A stretch of 64,000 bases of DNA, from assembly GCA_023213395.1 (NCBI GenBank), contig CM041465.1, positions 77,755,741 through 77,819,740 on the forward strand, written 5' to 3'. Shown in pieces: positions 1 to 13,320 of the stretch (position 1 is its first letter; each line of letters begins with the position of its first letter). The position numbers and the translations under genes are program-made. The notes under the pieces were generated by a model. It was not told where the DNA came from. It saw only the letters and a program-made list of their open reading frames with translations, and did not search any database. The DNA is from Cycas panzhihuaensis (lineage: Eukaryota > Plantae > Cycadophyta).

Positions 1-109
1 ATAAGTTACTGCCACACTTATTGTCATATTTATATTACATTATTATCGTTGTACATACTATTTCAATTTGCAAAACATCTGAGGGATATTTACTAAAAAG
101 AACACATAC

Positions 110-259
110 ATTATGATTGTAGCCTGCTATAATTATCATTGCATTAATCATTATTTTCTTCCTGTGCAAAACTGAACTGTTTAATAGTCTTGTATATTCT
201 TGTTTCTCTGGTATGTCTGGTCCTTCCATGTTAACCGTCTTTCCTCCATTGTCTTCCAT
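110..259 (-). CDS. Possible first coding exon of a host gene running off the left edge (50 codons, product unknown)
   Basis: ATG at 259, open frame MEDNGGKTVNMEGPDIPEKQEYTRLLNSSVLHRKKIMINAMIIIAGYNHN, then a GTATGT donor-like site at 109-104 (phase 0). TATAAATA lies ~55 bp upstream and CG/CHG sites are retained. No recognisable domain. Confidence 0.3.
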
Positions 260-313
260 TCTATTTCACCTTTTTTTCTCTGTACTTCATCTATCCATTT
301 ATCTTACATTTAC

Positions 314-321
314 TATTTATA
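314..321 (-). promoter_or_regulatory. Putative TATA box for the candidate exon
   Basis: TATAAATA on the minus strand upstream of ATG 259. The context is very AT-rich, so this is weak. Confidence 0.2.
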
Positions 322-495
322 ATATATAATTATAATATATATAGTATATGTTAGAAAATCTATACTTTATCGTTTAATACTATTGAATAGTCATTACAAC
401 CTTTTAATATATATCTTTAATATTTTCATATTTGCCTTAACTATAATTTCACTTATATATTATATACATTCTTTAATATAATACATATTTTGTAT

Positions 496-516
496 ACACA
501 CACACACACACACACA
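496..516. repeat. (CA)n microsatellite
   Basis: Read directly from the sequence. Confidence 0.95.
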
Positions 517-2074
517 TTTGATATTTGTCTTATTTATTATGTCACAAAATTAAATCTGGCATCTTGTAATATTATAGCATAAGGTAGCATCATAATTAAC
601 GATCTTGTTATGCTGAGTATTCAAATAGTTATCTTTTGCACTCAAAGTTAGAGTTGCATATATATAATGAAAAGATAAATATTAGCGGTGACTTATTCCT
701 TGACACAAATTCGAGACTCAACATGGAGTTGCTCTTTATGCTGAGTTGAAGTTATGAAGTTGCGACTGTATCATTCTCACCATATTATCTGATCATTAGT
801 TGAAACCAACTAGATTGTTCTCCTTATTATTTGATCCTACCTTTCACCAGTAATATATCAAGTTATATCATTGTCTAAAGTTACCTATATCACCTATAAT
901 ATTGTATAACTACCTAATACACTATTTGGTCTGTCATCTTCCATCTCCACATTTTTGCCATTTTCTGTCTATCACCATCTAACATCTCCCTATCTTGCAT
1001 CCCTGTGTGCCATTTTTCCTTCCTGTTCTTGATTAAACATTAACTTCATGTAATCTAACAAGTTATAATCTTTTGACTACTAAGGCTAATCGATGGAGTT
1101 ATACCTATACTATTGTTAAAGCAATGAATACGAAAGAAATGGCAGACAATACCATCCAAAAGGATATTGTCGAACCGATCACTCATGTGGTCTATGAAGT
1201 AATTCAAACATAAAATGCTCTTTTAAATCATACTTTACATTCGATTTTAGACAAATTGACAATCATAACAATGAGCAGGAAAGAGGATATGATTGTCCCA
1301 GATTCTGAGGATGAAGTAATGAGTTGACAATCTTATATCAGAAATCATACTATAAAAAAATATTTAGGTCCTCAAGACAACTCTAATTAACATTGAAAAT
1401 GAAGCTATCAAAAAATATCTTAATGAGTATCAAAGTTTGACCCCTGAGGAACAAAAGATAGTGGGTTTCCAAGCATATTTTAACTGCCTTCAAAGTATAC
1501 AGTTACAAAAAATGAAAAAATTATGATACAATATTTTAGCATTGAGCAAAAATCACATGAACCAAGGGTGTGGATCCAATAGATGGAAAACTACTTTCGT
1601 TTAGTAGAAATTGATCTAACAGAACAAGTCTCTATTGCTGCCCTACATATGGATGGAATATCATATGAATAGTAGCAGTGTCTCAAACAAACTTCATTCT
1701 GAGATCAATTACTAACTTGGAAAGAGTTTATTTATTTATTTATTGAATGATTTGAAATAGTAACTAATTACGATTACTATTGTAAGTTACAAAGATTAAA
1801 ACAAGTTGGTTCTATAGAAGAATACAATACATCATTCACAAGGCTAAGCTATGTGTTAGAAGACACCCCAACTAATTAACTTATCTAATTATATATAGAT
1901 GGACTGATAACAAAGATCCAAGTTGATGTTAAAATTTAAGAACTAAAGGATCTTAACAAGGCAATACAATTATCTAGAATACATGAAGATAAACATAATG
2001 CCTTATGCAAAACTAGTACAAATCTTTATATTCCTCTACCTAATCAATATAAATTTCCCATAAGTATTAATTAA

Positions 2075-2470
2075 TCATTTTGCTTGTTGGGAGGATATGA
2101 GGGAGATCTTCTTTTATGGATTTGATGCATTGATCAAATATGATTTCCTATCATTGATGAGTTAAATATTTCTTATCTTCCTATGATGTACTCCATCTTT
2201 ATCATAGAGATATGGGCTGCCAAACACAACTTGACAAACTTTCAAAGGAACCACTTCATATTCAACTTCATCAATGAATCTTTTAGAAATTATAAATTTG
2301 AACTTATATTTATGAGTAACCTGTAGTTCTGAGTTTTTTTGTAGTTATCCAAGAGGATGTGGTTTTGGATGTGCATGTATTTTTTATCCTAGCTTTTTCA
2401 CCAATTCCTTTTAGATTAAGTCCTTTTGGCTACCTCCATCAAAGATGGCATCAACCATACTTTGCTTCTA
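2075..2470 (-). mobile_element. Inverted fragment of a second Ty3/gypsy aspartic protease
   Basis: Minus-strand translation gives VDAIFDGGSQKDLI*KELVKKLG, HPKPHPLG and FIDEVEYEVVPLKVCQVVFGSPYLYD. Confidence 0.8.
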
Positions 2471-3415
2471 TTACCAAATGCTCAACACAAATAATTATCA
2501 ATCAATCTGAATCGACCTACCAAACCAATCATTTAAAAAATAAAAATAGAACAAGAAGAATTAAGAAGAAGAAACCTATGCTTCATATGTAAGGAAAAGT
2601 GGGAACTTGGGCATAAATGTCAAAAGAACTAATTATATACAATCAAATTACTACCTGATGACAATATTGATGAAGAAGAATAAGGGTAAGAAAATAATCA
2701 AGGAAATTATCATCATTCTAAACATTAAGAAAGCTATTGTAATCTTAAGGTCAACCACCTGAAAATATCACTATCATCTATGAGCAATTTTAATCAATCA
2801 AATACATTAAAATTACAAGGATCTATTAAAAATCAAGTTGTAATAATCTTAATAGATTCAGGTAGCACACATAATTTCATTGATTAAAACTATACACAAC
2901 AATTGAGGTTATTTCCATTAAGGACTCCTTGTTTCCAGGTAATTGTTAGAGGAATACAAGTAATATTAGGTCAAGGTGTGATGGAAAACCTTAATCTCAC
3001 AATAAGCAACATCAGCATTATTGAAGATTTATGTGTCATGGATGTTAGAGATGTAGATATTGTGTTGGGTAGTCAATGGCTTGGTATACTTAGAACCTTT
3101 GAAATAAATATTGATGAATAATTTATGTGTTTCAAGAAAGAAGAAAGAACCATCACATTATCAGGAAAAAGATCAAATAAAACTAAAGTCATACCATGCA
3201 AGAATAAGGGTGACGAAATCGAGAAGCAACCACAAGCATCCCAAAAACATGAAAAAAGTAGCTAAGGTTTTCAACTAGAAGAATCTTCTAATAAATGTTT
3301 GTAACATCTAATTAATTTCTTAATAGACTCTAATGGATCAAAGGATAACATTCGTTTAAAGGACCGTAATCATTCAACTATGTGTCATGGGCAAACCATC
3401 TTAAGGGGGAGGAAT

Positions 3416-3659
3416 TGTTACAAACCTCCTTAAGGTTAATTAATTGTTTATTAAATGAAACAACATCATGTGAATAATCGTGACTTTTAAGTGAAGGGGC
3501 CTATCATGCACTTATAAATGAGGCCTCCAATGTATTGTACATCATCTATTCTTTTATAAATAATTATTAAATCAGTTGACTATTTAATATTCTCAAACGC
3601 ACTTATATATTTAATGCAAATCTTCCATTCTTCCTCAGTTAAGGAAATCGTCTATAACA
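3416..3659 (+). repeat. 3' LTR of the gypsy element (244 bp)
   Basis: TGTTA...TAACA termini directly after the PPT, with an internal TATAAAT. Confidence 0.7.
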
Positions 3660-4558
3660 ATTTATCTTTCATTTTATTTTTCATTCTTTTCCTAACTTAT
3701 CCCATTGTTAGTATTACAAAAAATGCAACTTTATTCACAAAATATAATTGGTCATATTTTATCAATACAATAGTATTTTTCATCCTTTATAAAATACAAT
3801 GATCGTGCTTTATGAAAGAGGCTATATTTTTTATTATACCACATATTTTTTCTTTTAATCAAAAATGTCGATTACCTCTTAATCCTAAAGAATGCCACCC
3901 AAATCTATAGGAGCTCACTGGCCCCTCCCTCCAAATGCCTTAACACCCTTAATTAGGGATTGATTCATGCAATTTTAGAGCTTGTGAGTAGATATTTACA
4001 ATAAATAAAAAAATTTGAGCTTTTGGTTTTGAAAGTTTTTGCATGAACTATCTCAAATTATAGCAATACCAAGCACTATTTGAGCTTTTTCTCATTAGTT
4101 ATCCTTCACCTCAAACTTTAGAAATGTTTCTTTTGATGCATTAGTCTTGATTTTGATGATTTGATTACAAGCTCTCATTTATCTATGTTTTTAAAATTTA
4201 TAAGCTAGTTTTTCTTTGTTTTTTTGGGAATTTGGCTAAGGACCAGTCCTTGTGAGTATGGCCTATTAAGGTGAACAAAGGGCTACATTTACCCTATTCA
4301 CCCCTCAGTTCTTAGGTTCATTCATTCACCCTTCCATATGAGTCATTTTCATTAAAGTTTTGGCACTTTTATTTGTGATTTTTGGTGGTTTATTTCAAGG
4401 CTTTGTCATCTTCCTTTCAATCTTATGTTTCCATAGGTTAGATGAAAAAGTATGGGTAGAACATGGATACCATGTTGAGGCACATATTATTATTTGTCAT
4501 CAAATTTTTAAATTAGATTGTTTTCCATTTAGTTTCATATATCTTTCACTTTATATTA

Positions 4559-4580
4559 TCTCTCTCTCTCTATATATATA

Positions 4581-4632
<52 letters not shown>
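4559..4632. repeat. Compound (TC)n(TA)n(TG)n microsatellite
   Basis: Read directly from the sequence. Confidence 0.95.
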
Positions 4633-4633
<1 letters not shown>

Positions 4634-7600
4634 CTTTCCTTTATGACTTTAAAAAGTAGAATGCATCTAATATCATAATGTGTGCATGCTACTACAGTAG
4701 AGATAATTTCATCTAAAAATCTTGGTTTATATACTTAAAACCCTATTGTCTCTTGATTTGCTAATGCATATCAATCTTTTAGTTTCTACGTTATCATTGG
4801 GAGTTATTATGGCTTGTTTCCACTATTACATATGGTGGAATATTGCCAAGATATCATTCTTGTGAATACATTTATTTTGGAATCTCTCTATAACCAAAAA
4901 TATCTTGCATGCATAAGAAGAAACCATGAAAAAAGAGAAGAGTTGAATAAACTACAAGGTCCTCTTTTTGGGTATGTACTTTTTCTCTTCTTTTTTTTCT
5001 TGATTGACAAGTTGAGATTGTTTTAAAAAGTTGTAATTAAAAGAAAGTTAAAGAAATCCATTTCATTTTAATAAATTTATTCTTTTGATAGGTCTTTTAT
5101 TTTCTCTTATTCATTCTTGTAAAAATAAAAAAGAAGGTTTCATATTTCATGTTTGTCATTCCAATTTCTTTATTATGAAAGCATTAAGAATTGCATGATC
5201 ATTAAACTACTATCTTCTCATATACTATCATATAGACCAAAAAAGTTAAAAGAAATATAGGAAGATATTGTAAACAAGATAAACGTAATTGTAATTCCTA
5301 GATCTAGATCTCCTCTAATTATTTGTGTAGTTGGTCTAGTCTTATTTTAAGTTTTATATGCAAGTGGTTCATTAATTAATGTAAATGAGAAATACCTTTT
5401 AGTTGTTACTTAAAGGGATGTTTCTTTCATTTATGTACATTTGTTTTGTTGTATGTATCCTATAGATCATAATTCCCTATCATTCCATACTTGTTAAAAA
5501 TCATATCCATAGATAATTGGAGACTCCTTTATAAGAGTTGGCATTGATGCTTTGCCTCTTTGGGTTGGTTGCCTTTTTTCATCTTACATATTTGGTTGTA
5601 ATGAATAAACTTCACTAAAGGACATTCAATCCAAAGAAGACATAAGACATTAGTGATCAATCCTCTAGAATAAGTATAGAGTTAGCCCACCTGCTCTTTA
5701 GTACCACCTTTTAGTATTCTTTATGCCACCATACATCTCTCTATTTTCGGATACTAAATCATTCTTATTTTAAATGGATGATTTATTTCCTTTAACATCT
5801 TGGTAATATGGTCTTTCTCTTGCATTTCACATGAACAAGCTTGATGTTTCTTTAGTATTTTGCTTATCTCCATATTTAACTAACTTCCCTCACTTAACAC
5901 CTCAAGTCATATTAATCCTTAAGCATTAGTTCATCTAAATTAACATTATAAATTTGGTAATTATTGAAAATATATTTTAAGACTATAAAGGCATAATTGA
6001 CAAATTAATACTACCATCAATAAGCATTTAAGATCTTAGAAATATAAAATTTAAAGTAAAGTACTCAAAATAGTTAAAGTGTTTATCTAGCCATTTTGAT
6101 TTTGAAGGTAACCATGACTAAAATGAAGGGAAACTTAAGTAATAAATGATAAAATAATATAAACCTTATATTATATGCTATTGGTATGGTTTATCTTAAT
6201 AAAATTCACATAGTAATAGAAAATTTATAGGCATAATACTCTCAAAAGAAATTATTATTTATTATTTTAATATATCATTTTCCCATTTGAAATATGATAA
6301 ATCCCTTAGTCATGGATAAATAAATTAGATGGATTAATATATAATTTTTAATGATAATATCTAATGAATTGATATAAAATAGGATAATACCAATTAAATA
6401 GAGAAAATTATTATTTTTTTGGTTAAATTTAATACTTTAAGTAATTAAAAATAATACTAGTAATATAACTTAAAAAAAGGGTAATGATCCCAAAGGAAAT
6501 TGACCCTTTCCATGTCAAGTGTTAGATGACTTAGCTTTAGCTACCCTAAATTGATAAATCCACCCTAATATGGATAACATATAATAGATTGTAAGCATGA
6601 AGCTAAGGTCATACCAAGATCATTAATAGTCACACATGAGGATCTTATATATATCCTAAAGGTTGTTAAATTGTAGCCACAAAACCAACAAACCTATATT
6701 ACTTAGGATTCCCATAGATCCTTAGTATATTATACCCAAAAACTATATTTTATATTATCATAGAAACCTCCCATAATTAGGCTATGGTAAGCTCATAAAA
6801 TATTAGTAACTCAAACATAAGCCTAGATCTTAGAGAAATAGAAAACATTAATTAAGCTAAATTAAACAATATATTATAATGCCCTTATTGATGTTCTTTT
6901 ACTTTAATAACATCTAAGATAATGCTACAAATGATATTATAATTTATAAAACCATAAGGGCTATCATATTTGCTCATGAAATACCTTAAAAAGATGAAGA
7001 TTATATGGCATACTGTAACTCAATTGCTCTAACCAAAATACATTATGTAGGAAGTTGAAGTCTCCCTTACATAGACATCACTAACCATATTAAATCAAAG
7101 TAGTTCTATATTTTTGCCTCTAATGATGGTATAGGTCTATTATTACAAGTTAATACATAATTACGTATGCATATAATAAGCTTCAAATCTAATAGGCTTC
7201 TTAAATTATAACATAACCATGACATTCCATATAATGAGATAAATACAAAACTAGTGTCCTTTAGTATGGAGGAATGCTTAATCCACATCAACTAATATAA
7301 CATTATACAATTACTAAATCCTACCACAACATTGTTTTAAGTGGAACAAAGCCTAGCTATCCTTCACTCCCTTAACCCGTCCTCCCAAAGCTCCTATAAT
7401 ACATCTACTAAAACTTCTTGATATGTTGAAAGGTAAAACGCTAAGTAGTTGCTAAAGCAACTACAATTGCTTTAGTGGGAGATTTTATCAATATTAGAAA
7501 TATCCTTAGTCCCTCAATCCATATTGTGGTATGAAATCCATCATTGGCTAAATAATTAATATACTTCCTCTTTGTAGGTATAATAAGAACATTAAGGGAT

Positions 7601-8141
7601 AAGAATAAGGTGGAAAGAGTGGAGGAGGAAGAGAATTAGGGCTCCTCCTCCCCATCATAACCTTTAGCATCTTAGACAAAAAATAACTTAGAATTAAAGA
7701 GGAATAAATTCCACCTTAATTAATAGGATGATTTATCATGAGAACATAAACTTAACCTAAACCATCATTACATGTACACATATACTATTTAGCTTATTAT
7801 ATACCTCATATAATAAAGGATAAATAATAAAATAAGAGCATTTACCAACAAATACATCAATATAAAAGGTATAAAAAAATAATAAAATCCTCTTAGCTCC
7901 ATGTAGAAACCAAAATAATTGAGTTAGTAAAGAGTAAAAGATAAGGAAAGAGATTTATAAATTATTAGCATCACTACTAATTATTAGGATAAAGGTTTCA
8001 TTAAACATCCTTAATAAAGATAAAAGCCATTATGTCTTTTAACAACTACATTAAATTCATAAGCAACATTAAAAATCCTTAATCGTGGACTCTAATTAAT
8101 ATTTCCATTTGTGTGTATGTGTGTGTGTGGGTGTATGTGTA

Positions 8142-9142
8142 TGTTGGGATAATGACTATCTTAGGGTAATGCCTAAACTAATTTTGGTAGATGCAACTCC
8201 TCATGTTAGTAGTTGATGTTGAAACATGTGTTGACACCTTCATAATTTTAACTATATATTTCATGGGGTCATCGACCTCGATGTTCATCAACACCACTTT
8301 TCTTTGGATATTTGGTTATCTCTTCTTGCTTGTTTGTTATGTGTGTGTTATATTTTCCCTTTGATACAAACATTTGGTATTATATCCATTGAGCTTATCT
8401 CCAACCTATTTTCATTTATTGCTTGCATTACATTACTATTTAGAATGGGCATTAATTTGTAAAGATATTAAGAGGCTTACCTTTTATCTATACTTGCATA
8501 CTTTTTATCACGTGTAGTCTTATTATTAACATTGTCTTCATGAGTATTGCATTTGATAATGAGCTCTTATTTCATATAGTCCAAAGGTAGAGAGCATTTC
8601 ATATGCTCATGTTATCAACATTTGTAGGATCTCTATTATTTAGGAAGTCTACTTATATTCTTTATTGAGGAGGCACCTTCCTTTTCCTTAGATGGTATAA
8701 AACTATGAGTCTGCATTATTTAGTATTGTATCTACTTTTGTATTAAGTCTATGTTTTCATCTCTTTTCCTAGTGAGATATACATTGAAATATATTTTATT
8801 ACATCTTTCAAATTCAATTTTGATGCATCTAAAGTCTTTATATGTATCTCTTTTCCTAGTGTTACTTGCATTGGGCCATTACACAACCTACAAGTTGCCT
8901 TAGAGTAGGGTATCTACTTCTATATTATGTCTATATCTCATTGATTATCCCATGGTTAATATATAGTCATATTTGTTGATATTTGTCTACTTCTTTATAA
9001 TCACATCTCCTAGGGTTGCTGCATTATTCAAATCTATGGTAGTGGTGGTATTAATACATCCCCTAAAATCATATGAATACATTACCCTTGTAGTGTTATC
9101 CACATCTAGGATTATCTATTTTATTATGTTTGAGTGGAGAGT
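8142..9142 (+). mobile_element. Old non-coding LTR element relic: LTR 8142-8372, degenerate PBS, PPT-like end
   Basis: TGTTGG...AAACA followed by TT-TGGTATTATATC (degenerate iMet PBS), with TTGAGTGGAGAG near 9130. No partner LTR found. Confidence 0.4.
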
Positions 9143-9549
9143 TGGAGTTTAATTGTTTGAGTTTCAATACATCACCATTACAATATTGTCTACATTTGAG
9201 TTGATTTATTCTCTATTGTGTTTATGTGAGTTTGAGATTATCCATGTTTATCTATATTAAAGTTTTATTTTGAGAGTTTTAAGTATTTAGTTAAGTATAT
9301 TTTGTCTGAGGTTGCCTTAAATGTAATAAATTCTCATTAATAAGTGGGAAACTTTATGGGAAAGAAAAGAAGCAAAGTGTATGTGGATTTGATGAAAATA
9401 AAGAATCAATATATAAAAATTATTACTTAAAATAGGATGATTTATGATGTGTTTGAGTACTCCTTGCTCAAAATTTAGTAATTTTTTTATATTATTTTAC
9501 TTTATCCTTTTAAGCATATTTATTCTTATTTTTAAATTATTTTTTTATC

Positions 9550-10410
9550 ATGTCTTTAAGTATAAATAATGTAAGGTTTTCTAAATTTGATGGTATAAAT
9601 TATTTGAATTAGAATAGGTGCATGGAACACATATTTATATATAAAGATAAGTGAAATTTAATTACCAATGGATATATTATACCTCCTAAGGATGCTTATA
9701 TTAATGAAGTACAAGTCTTCAAGGAGAATAAGAATAAGTACAATGAGGTGCTTGTATTCATCTTTTTTTTATTAAAGGAGTATATCTTCCCATGGGTCAA
9801 TGAGGTGATAACTTCAAAAGTAGCTTGGGAGACATTGAAGATTGTGTACAAAGGAGATAAAATGGTGAAGTTACAAACATTGAGGGCCAAGTTTCAAAAT
9901 TACCAAATAAAGTACATTAAAGGAGTAAATGACTTCATGAATAAAATACAAGGACTAGAAAATCAAATGAGATCCCTGTGTAAAGGCACAAGTTAATAGA
10001 GTATAGTTGAGAAGTTATTAAGGAGTGTAGGTGTACTCAAGAAGTTTAAGATGGTTACCACTAATATAAAAATGTTAAAGGACCTTAACACATTGAAAAT
10101 AGATTAACTAAGTGGTATTTCACTTTATTATTAAATAGAAGAAGAATTGGGGAGAATCCTTGGAGAATGCCTTTACTACTAAGGAAAGGATTAGGCTACA
10201 AAATTATTATCAAGGTTAAAGTTCAAGAGGTAGAGGTCAAGTCCCCAAAGGTACAAACTAATATTGTATAGGACAAAGTTTTTAAAACCAAGGGTAATAT
10301 TTTAAAAAATAATGACAAGATTTTAGAAACCAAAGACAAGGTTATAAGCCATAAAAATTTAGGAAAAGAGGACAAAGCCCTAGAGGAAGAAACCTAATAC
10401 CAATGATTTG
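9550..10410 (+). mobile_element. Ty1/copia gag relic (element Z, 5' part)
   Basis: MSLSINNVRFSKFDGINYLN*..., then TSKVAWETLKIVYKGDKMVKLQTLRAKFQN and IVEKLLRS (UBN2-type copia gag), with stops. Confidence 0.85.
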
Positions 10411-12739
10411 ATCCTATAAGTTGGGTTTTATCCCACCTCACCCTAAGGCCCTTAATCAACTTATGAGAAAATGATGTGATTCTTCCTCCATAAATCTTTA
10501 AACAAAACTGATCTTAGATGGAATTGAATAAGATTTGGCCCTACTTTGTTGGGTTCTAATACCTTGAGTAGAATAAAAGGGTCAGAGGCTCATAGTAGGG
10601 TAAGGGTGATTCCATTCTGAGTCCTAACTCTACCTACCCGCCTCTCCCCCCCCTCCACTACCACCAAGAGCAAAGGATAGAAGCATTAAAGGAAGAGGAA
10701 GAGGAATAGTATAACACTCCTATTGTAAAAGAAATAGATACTTAGAAATTAATAAACATAGCTAACATAGAGAGAAAAGTAGCTAACACATCTATAGAAG
10801 AGATAAAAATGAATAGAAGACTTTTCTTTTTTAAGTCTCATAACCAATGAATAAGATTATAATTATTAGAATATTTGAGTGTTGAAGTGTTAGAATGTTA
10901 AAATTCATAAATATTAATAAGTAATATTTAATCAGTGGTCAAGATATCAAAGTTAATATTGGACAATATAAAAGAGTCCTACATAGGATCAAATTAGTTG
11001 ATATAAAGGTGAAAGATGATTGGTTATTGATGAGGTTACACATCTATATAAGGGTAATGTACATTGTAAAGAAAATCAAATCACCTAGTCCTCTTTGTGA
11101 GGATAAGATGACTCACCATGTAAATAGTTTATTATTCTTCTTAATATAATATCTCAAAATTATTTGGAGGTGGTTTTTCCCATTCATGGGTTTTCCATAT
11201 TAAACATGGTGTACACATGATATTTGTATTATTGTCTCTTATGCCCTTATCTTTTCATTTATTATATTCACGATATACTTGATTGATCATGTGAATATAT
11301 TATATCCTACTTGATTTTACACTTTTGCATAAGTTATTACAAATAATTTAGCATGGTATTTGAGTGAATTCAAAATTTCTAATATGGTATTAGAGCTTAG
11401 GTTAAGAGCCAAAATGAACTATCAAAGTTTTAAGGTTGTGAAAGTGGCAAGTTAAAAAATCTTAAAGCATAGGTGAAACTAGTCCTAATAAGAGTTAATC
11501 TGAGTAGCACAGTAAAAGTAGAAGTTAACAGTTATAAATTTAATATTAAGCCTGTATATGAGCAAGTGATAGTGCCAATATAGGACCCAATAATAAAGGT
11601 TGATTTAAAGAGCCAAAAGTATTTATGCCAATGATATTATTGGGTATAATATTTGTACTAATATTTAATTAATTAGTCATTATCTAGATCCCCCCTTCAT
11701 GCTCTTATAACCCTCACTATTATTTTAATTGTTATATTGTATTTATCTTAATATGTATCTAAGTGGGCATCTTGGTTTGTATGCCAAGCCCACCAAGATC
11801 ACACCATTATTAATCTTGTGAGATCTCATACATGTGTGATTATCCTATATATGTATGTACATTTTATATAGTAAGATAACAAGTAGCAATTATTTCATTG
11901 TCCATCTTTTATGTCTTATATTTCTTCTCTCAAGATGTGGTATCACTCTAATACCATATCTAACATTTGGTATTAGAGCTATTGGAATGGGATTTAATCC
12001 CTTGAGGGATCACCCATTCAATCATAGGATTCATTTATTGAGTGAGCTATTTCATAGTTAGGAATTTTATGGAAAAACATCATATGTCATAGTCATTTTC
12101 TTAGTAAATTTTGCTTTATAAGGAGGAGGAATCATGTTCAAATAATAAGTTCCTTTTAAGTGTTAAATGTTGAAGTTTAAAATATGAAGTTATAAATTTG
12201 GAACTGTAAATCTAGCCTATAATGAGATCATATGGAATGAAGGCCCATTGATGTGATGATGAGCCATAGGACTAACTATCCCAACTACTCGAAATATAGG
12301 CTCTTTTTTTTTTCTCTCTAAAAATCATAGAATATATGTCATTTTCTCAGCACATCTTCTAGCTTAATATTGGGAGTCTTTACTGCTAAGATTTTATTAT
12401 TCATCAGATATATGTTTGAACCTAGTCCTCCTTATGTTTGAAATTTGTAGTTAAAAAAATGTAAAAATTTCTTTCAACCCTTCATCCTCCATTAAGGTAG
12501 GGAATTGGAATCATCTAAATAGGCATCATTATTTTTTGTGGGCATCTTTGTTTACTTGTCTTTAGATGCCAAACACTTACATTCTATAGTGGACTATATT
12601 ATAAATCCTACTCTTTCTATTAAAGTCTTAGTAATAGTAACATACTACCTTATCTTTACTTAAAATAACTATTCACATGTACAATGAAATGAATTACAAG
12701 AAAATGTTTATGTTAAGTAAATAGTGCATATACTCCTAA

Positions 12740-13192
12740 CTAATTCACCCTTATATGGTGTACTACTTAAACCATCTTTGTTTCCATGCCGCACTAGAAG
12801 AATATCAAGTGTACAAGCCTAACATATGTGTGTAGACTTAAAACATGAAAAATATAGTGAAAGAAGAGGAAGGTTATGATATCAGTTACAGAAATGATTC
12901 CAAGCAAATATTAAGCTATATTTGGAGACACACTTGCCAAGAATTTCATACAAAAATTTATGAAATTAGTATTTCCAGCTAGTATATGATAACCTCCAAA
13001 TTTAGTTCTTCTTTGAGTTTAATGCATCAATACACAAAAGTGATAAATGCCAAAATGGATGAAATTGATGAACAAAGAGGGATCTTGAACCTTGGAGAGG
13101 TCTCAAGCTTGACCACCTTACTAGTAGAAATAAAAAAGTTAGATAGGACACCAAGTTCTCCTTTAGTAGATGTCAATATTGATGATGAGTAG
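12740..13192 (+). pseudogene. Probable hAT transposase C-terminal relic inside H
   Basis: Frameshifted motifs appear in hAT order: SPLY..VYYLNH (cf. PLHAAxYYLNP), AIFGDTLAKN, QLVYDNLQI (cf. LVYVHxNLRL), then an acidic tail. Confidence 0.4.
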
Positions 13193-13320
13193 TTCCATTA
13201 CTTGATTTGCCTAGAGTTGGTGTACAAACCAATTATGTAAGCATGTGGTCATGTTTTCTACTTCTAGTGCATTCATTAAGTTATGAGTAGTGTTGGAATT
13301 TCATATTATTTAGTCTGTAG

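Larger units (their letters stand above)
1130..3659 (+). mobile_element. Degenerate Ty3/gypsy element: gag, CCHC knuckle, aspartic protease, PPT, 3' LTR; no RT/INT visible
   Basis: Gag-like SIAALHMDG (~1630), ELRRRNLCFICKEKWELGHKC (~2559-2620), protease LQGSIKNQVVIILIDSGSTHNFID (~2812-2885) and DVDIVLGSQWL. PPT TTAAGGGGGAGGAA at 3401-3414. The 5' boundary is uncertain. Confidence 0.85.

Noticed and set aside
540-705. TGTCA...TGACA-bounded segment as the 5' LTR of the first gypsy element
   Set aside because: No similarity to the 3416-3659 LTR, no PBS and no TSD.
4360-4659. ORFs with CVCVCV or YIYIYI runs (also 15111-15395 and 23856-24050)
   Set aside because: Microsatellite translation artefacts.
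5940-7300. Endogenous caulimovirus movement protein or RT
   Set aside because: No diagnostic motifs in the frames I translated.
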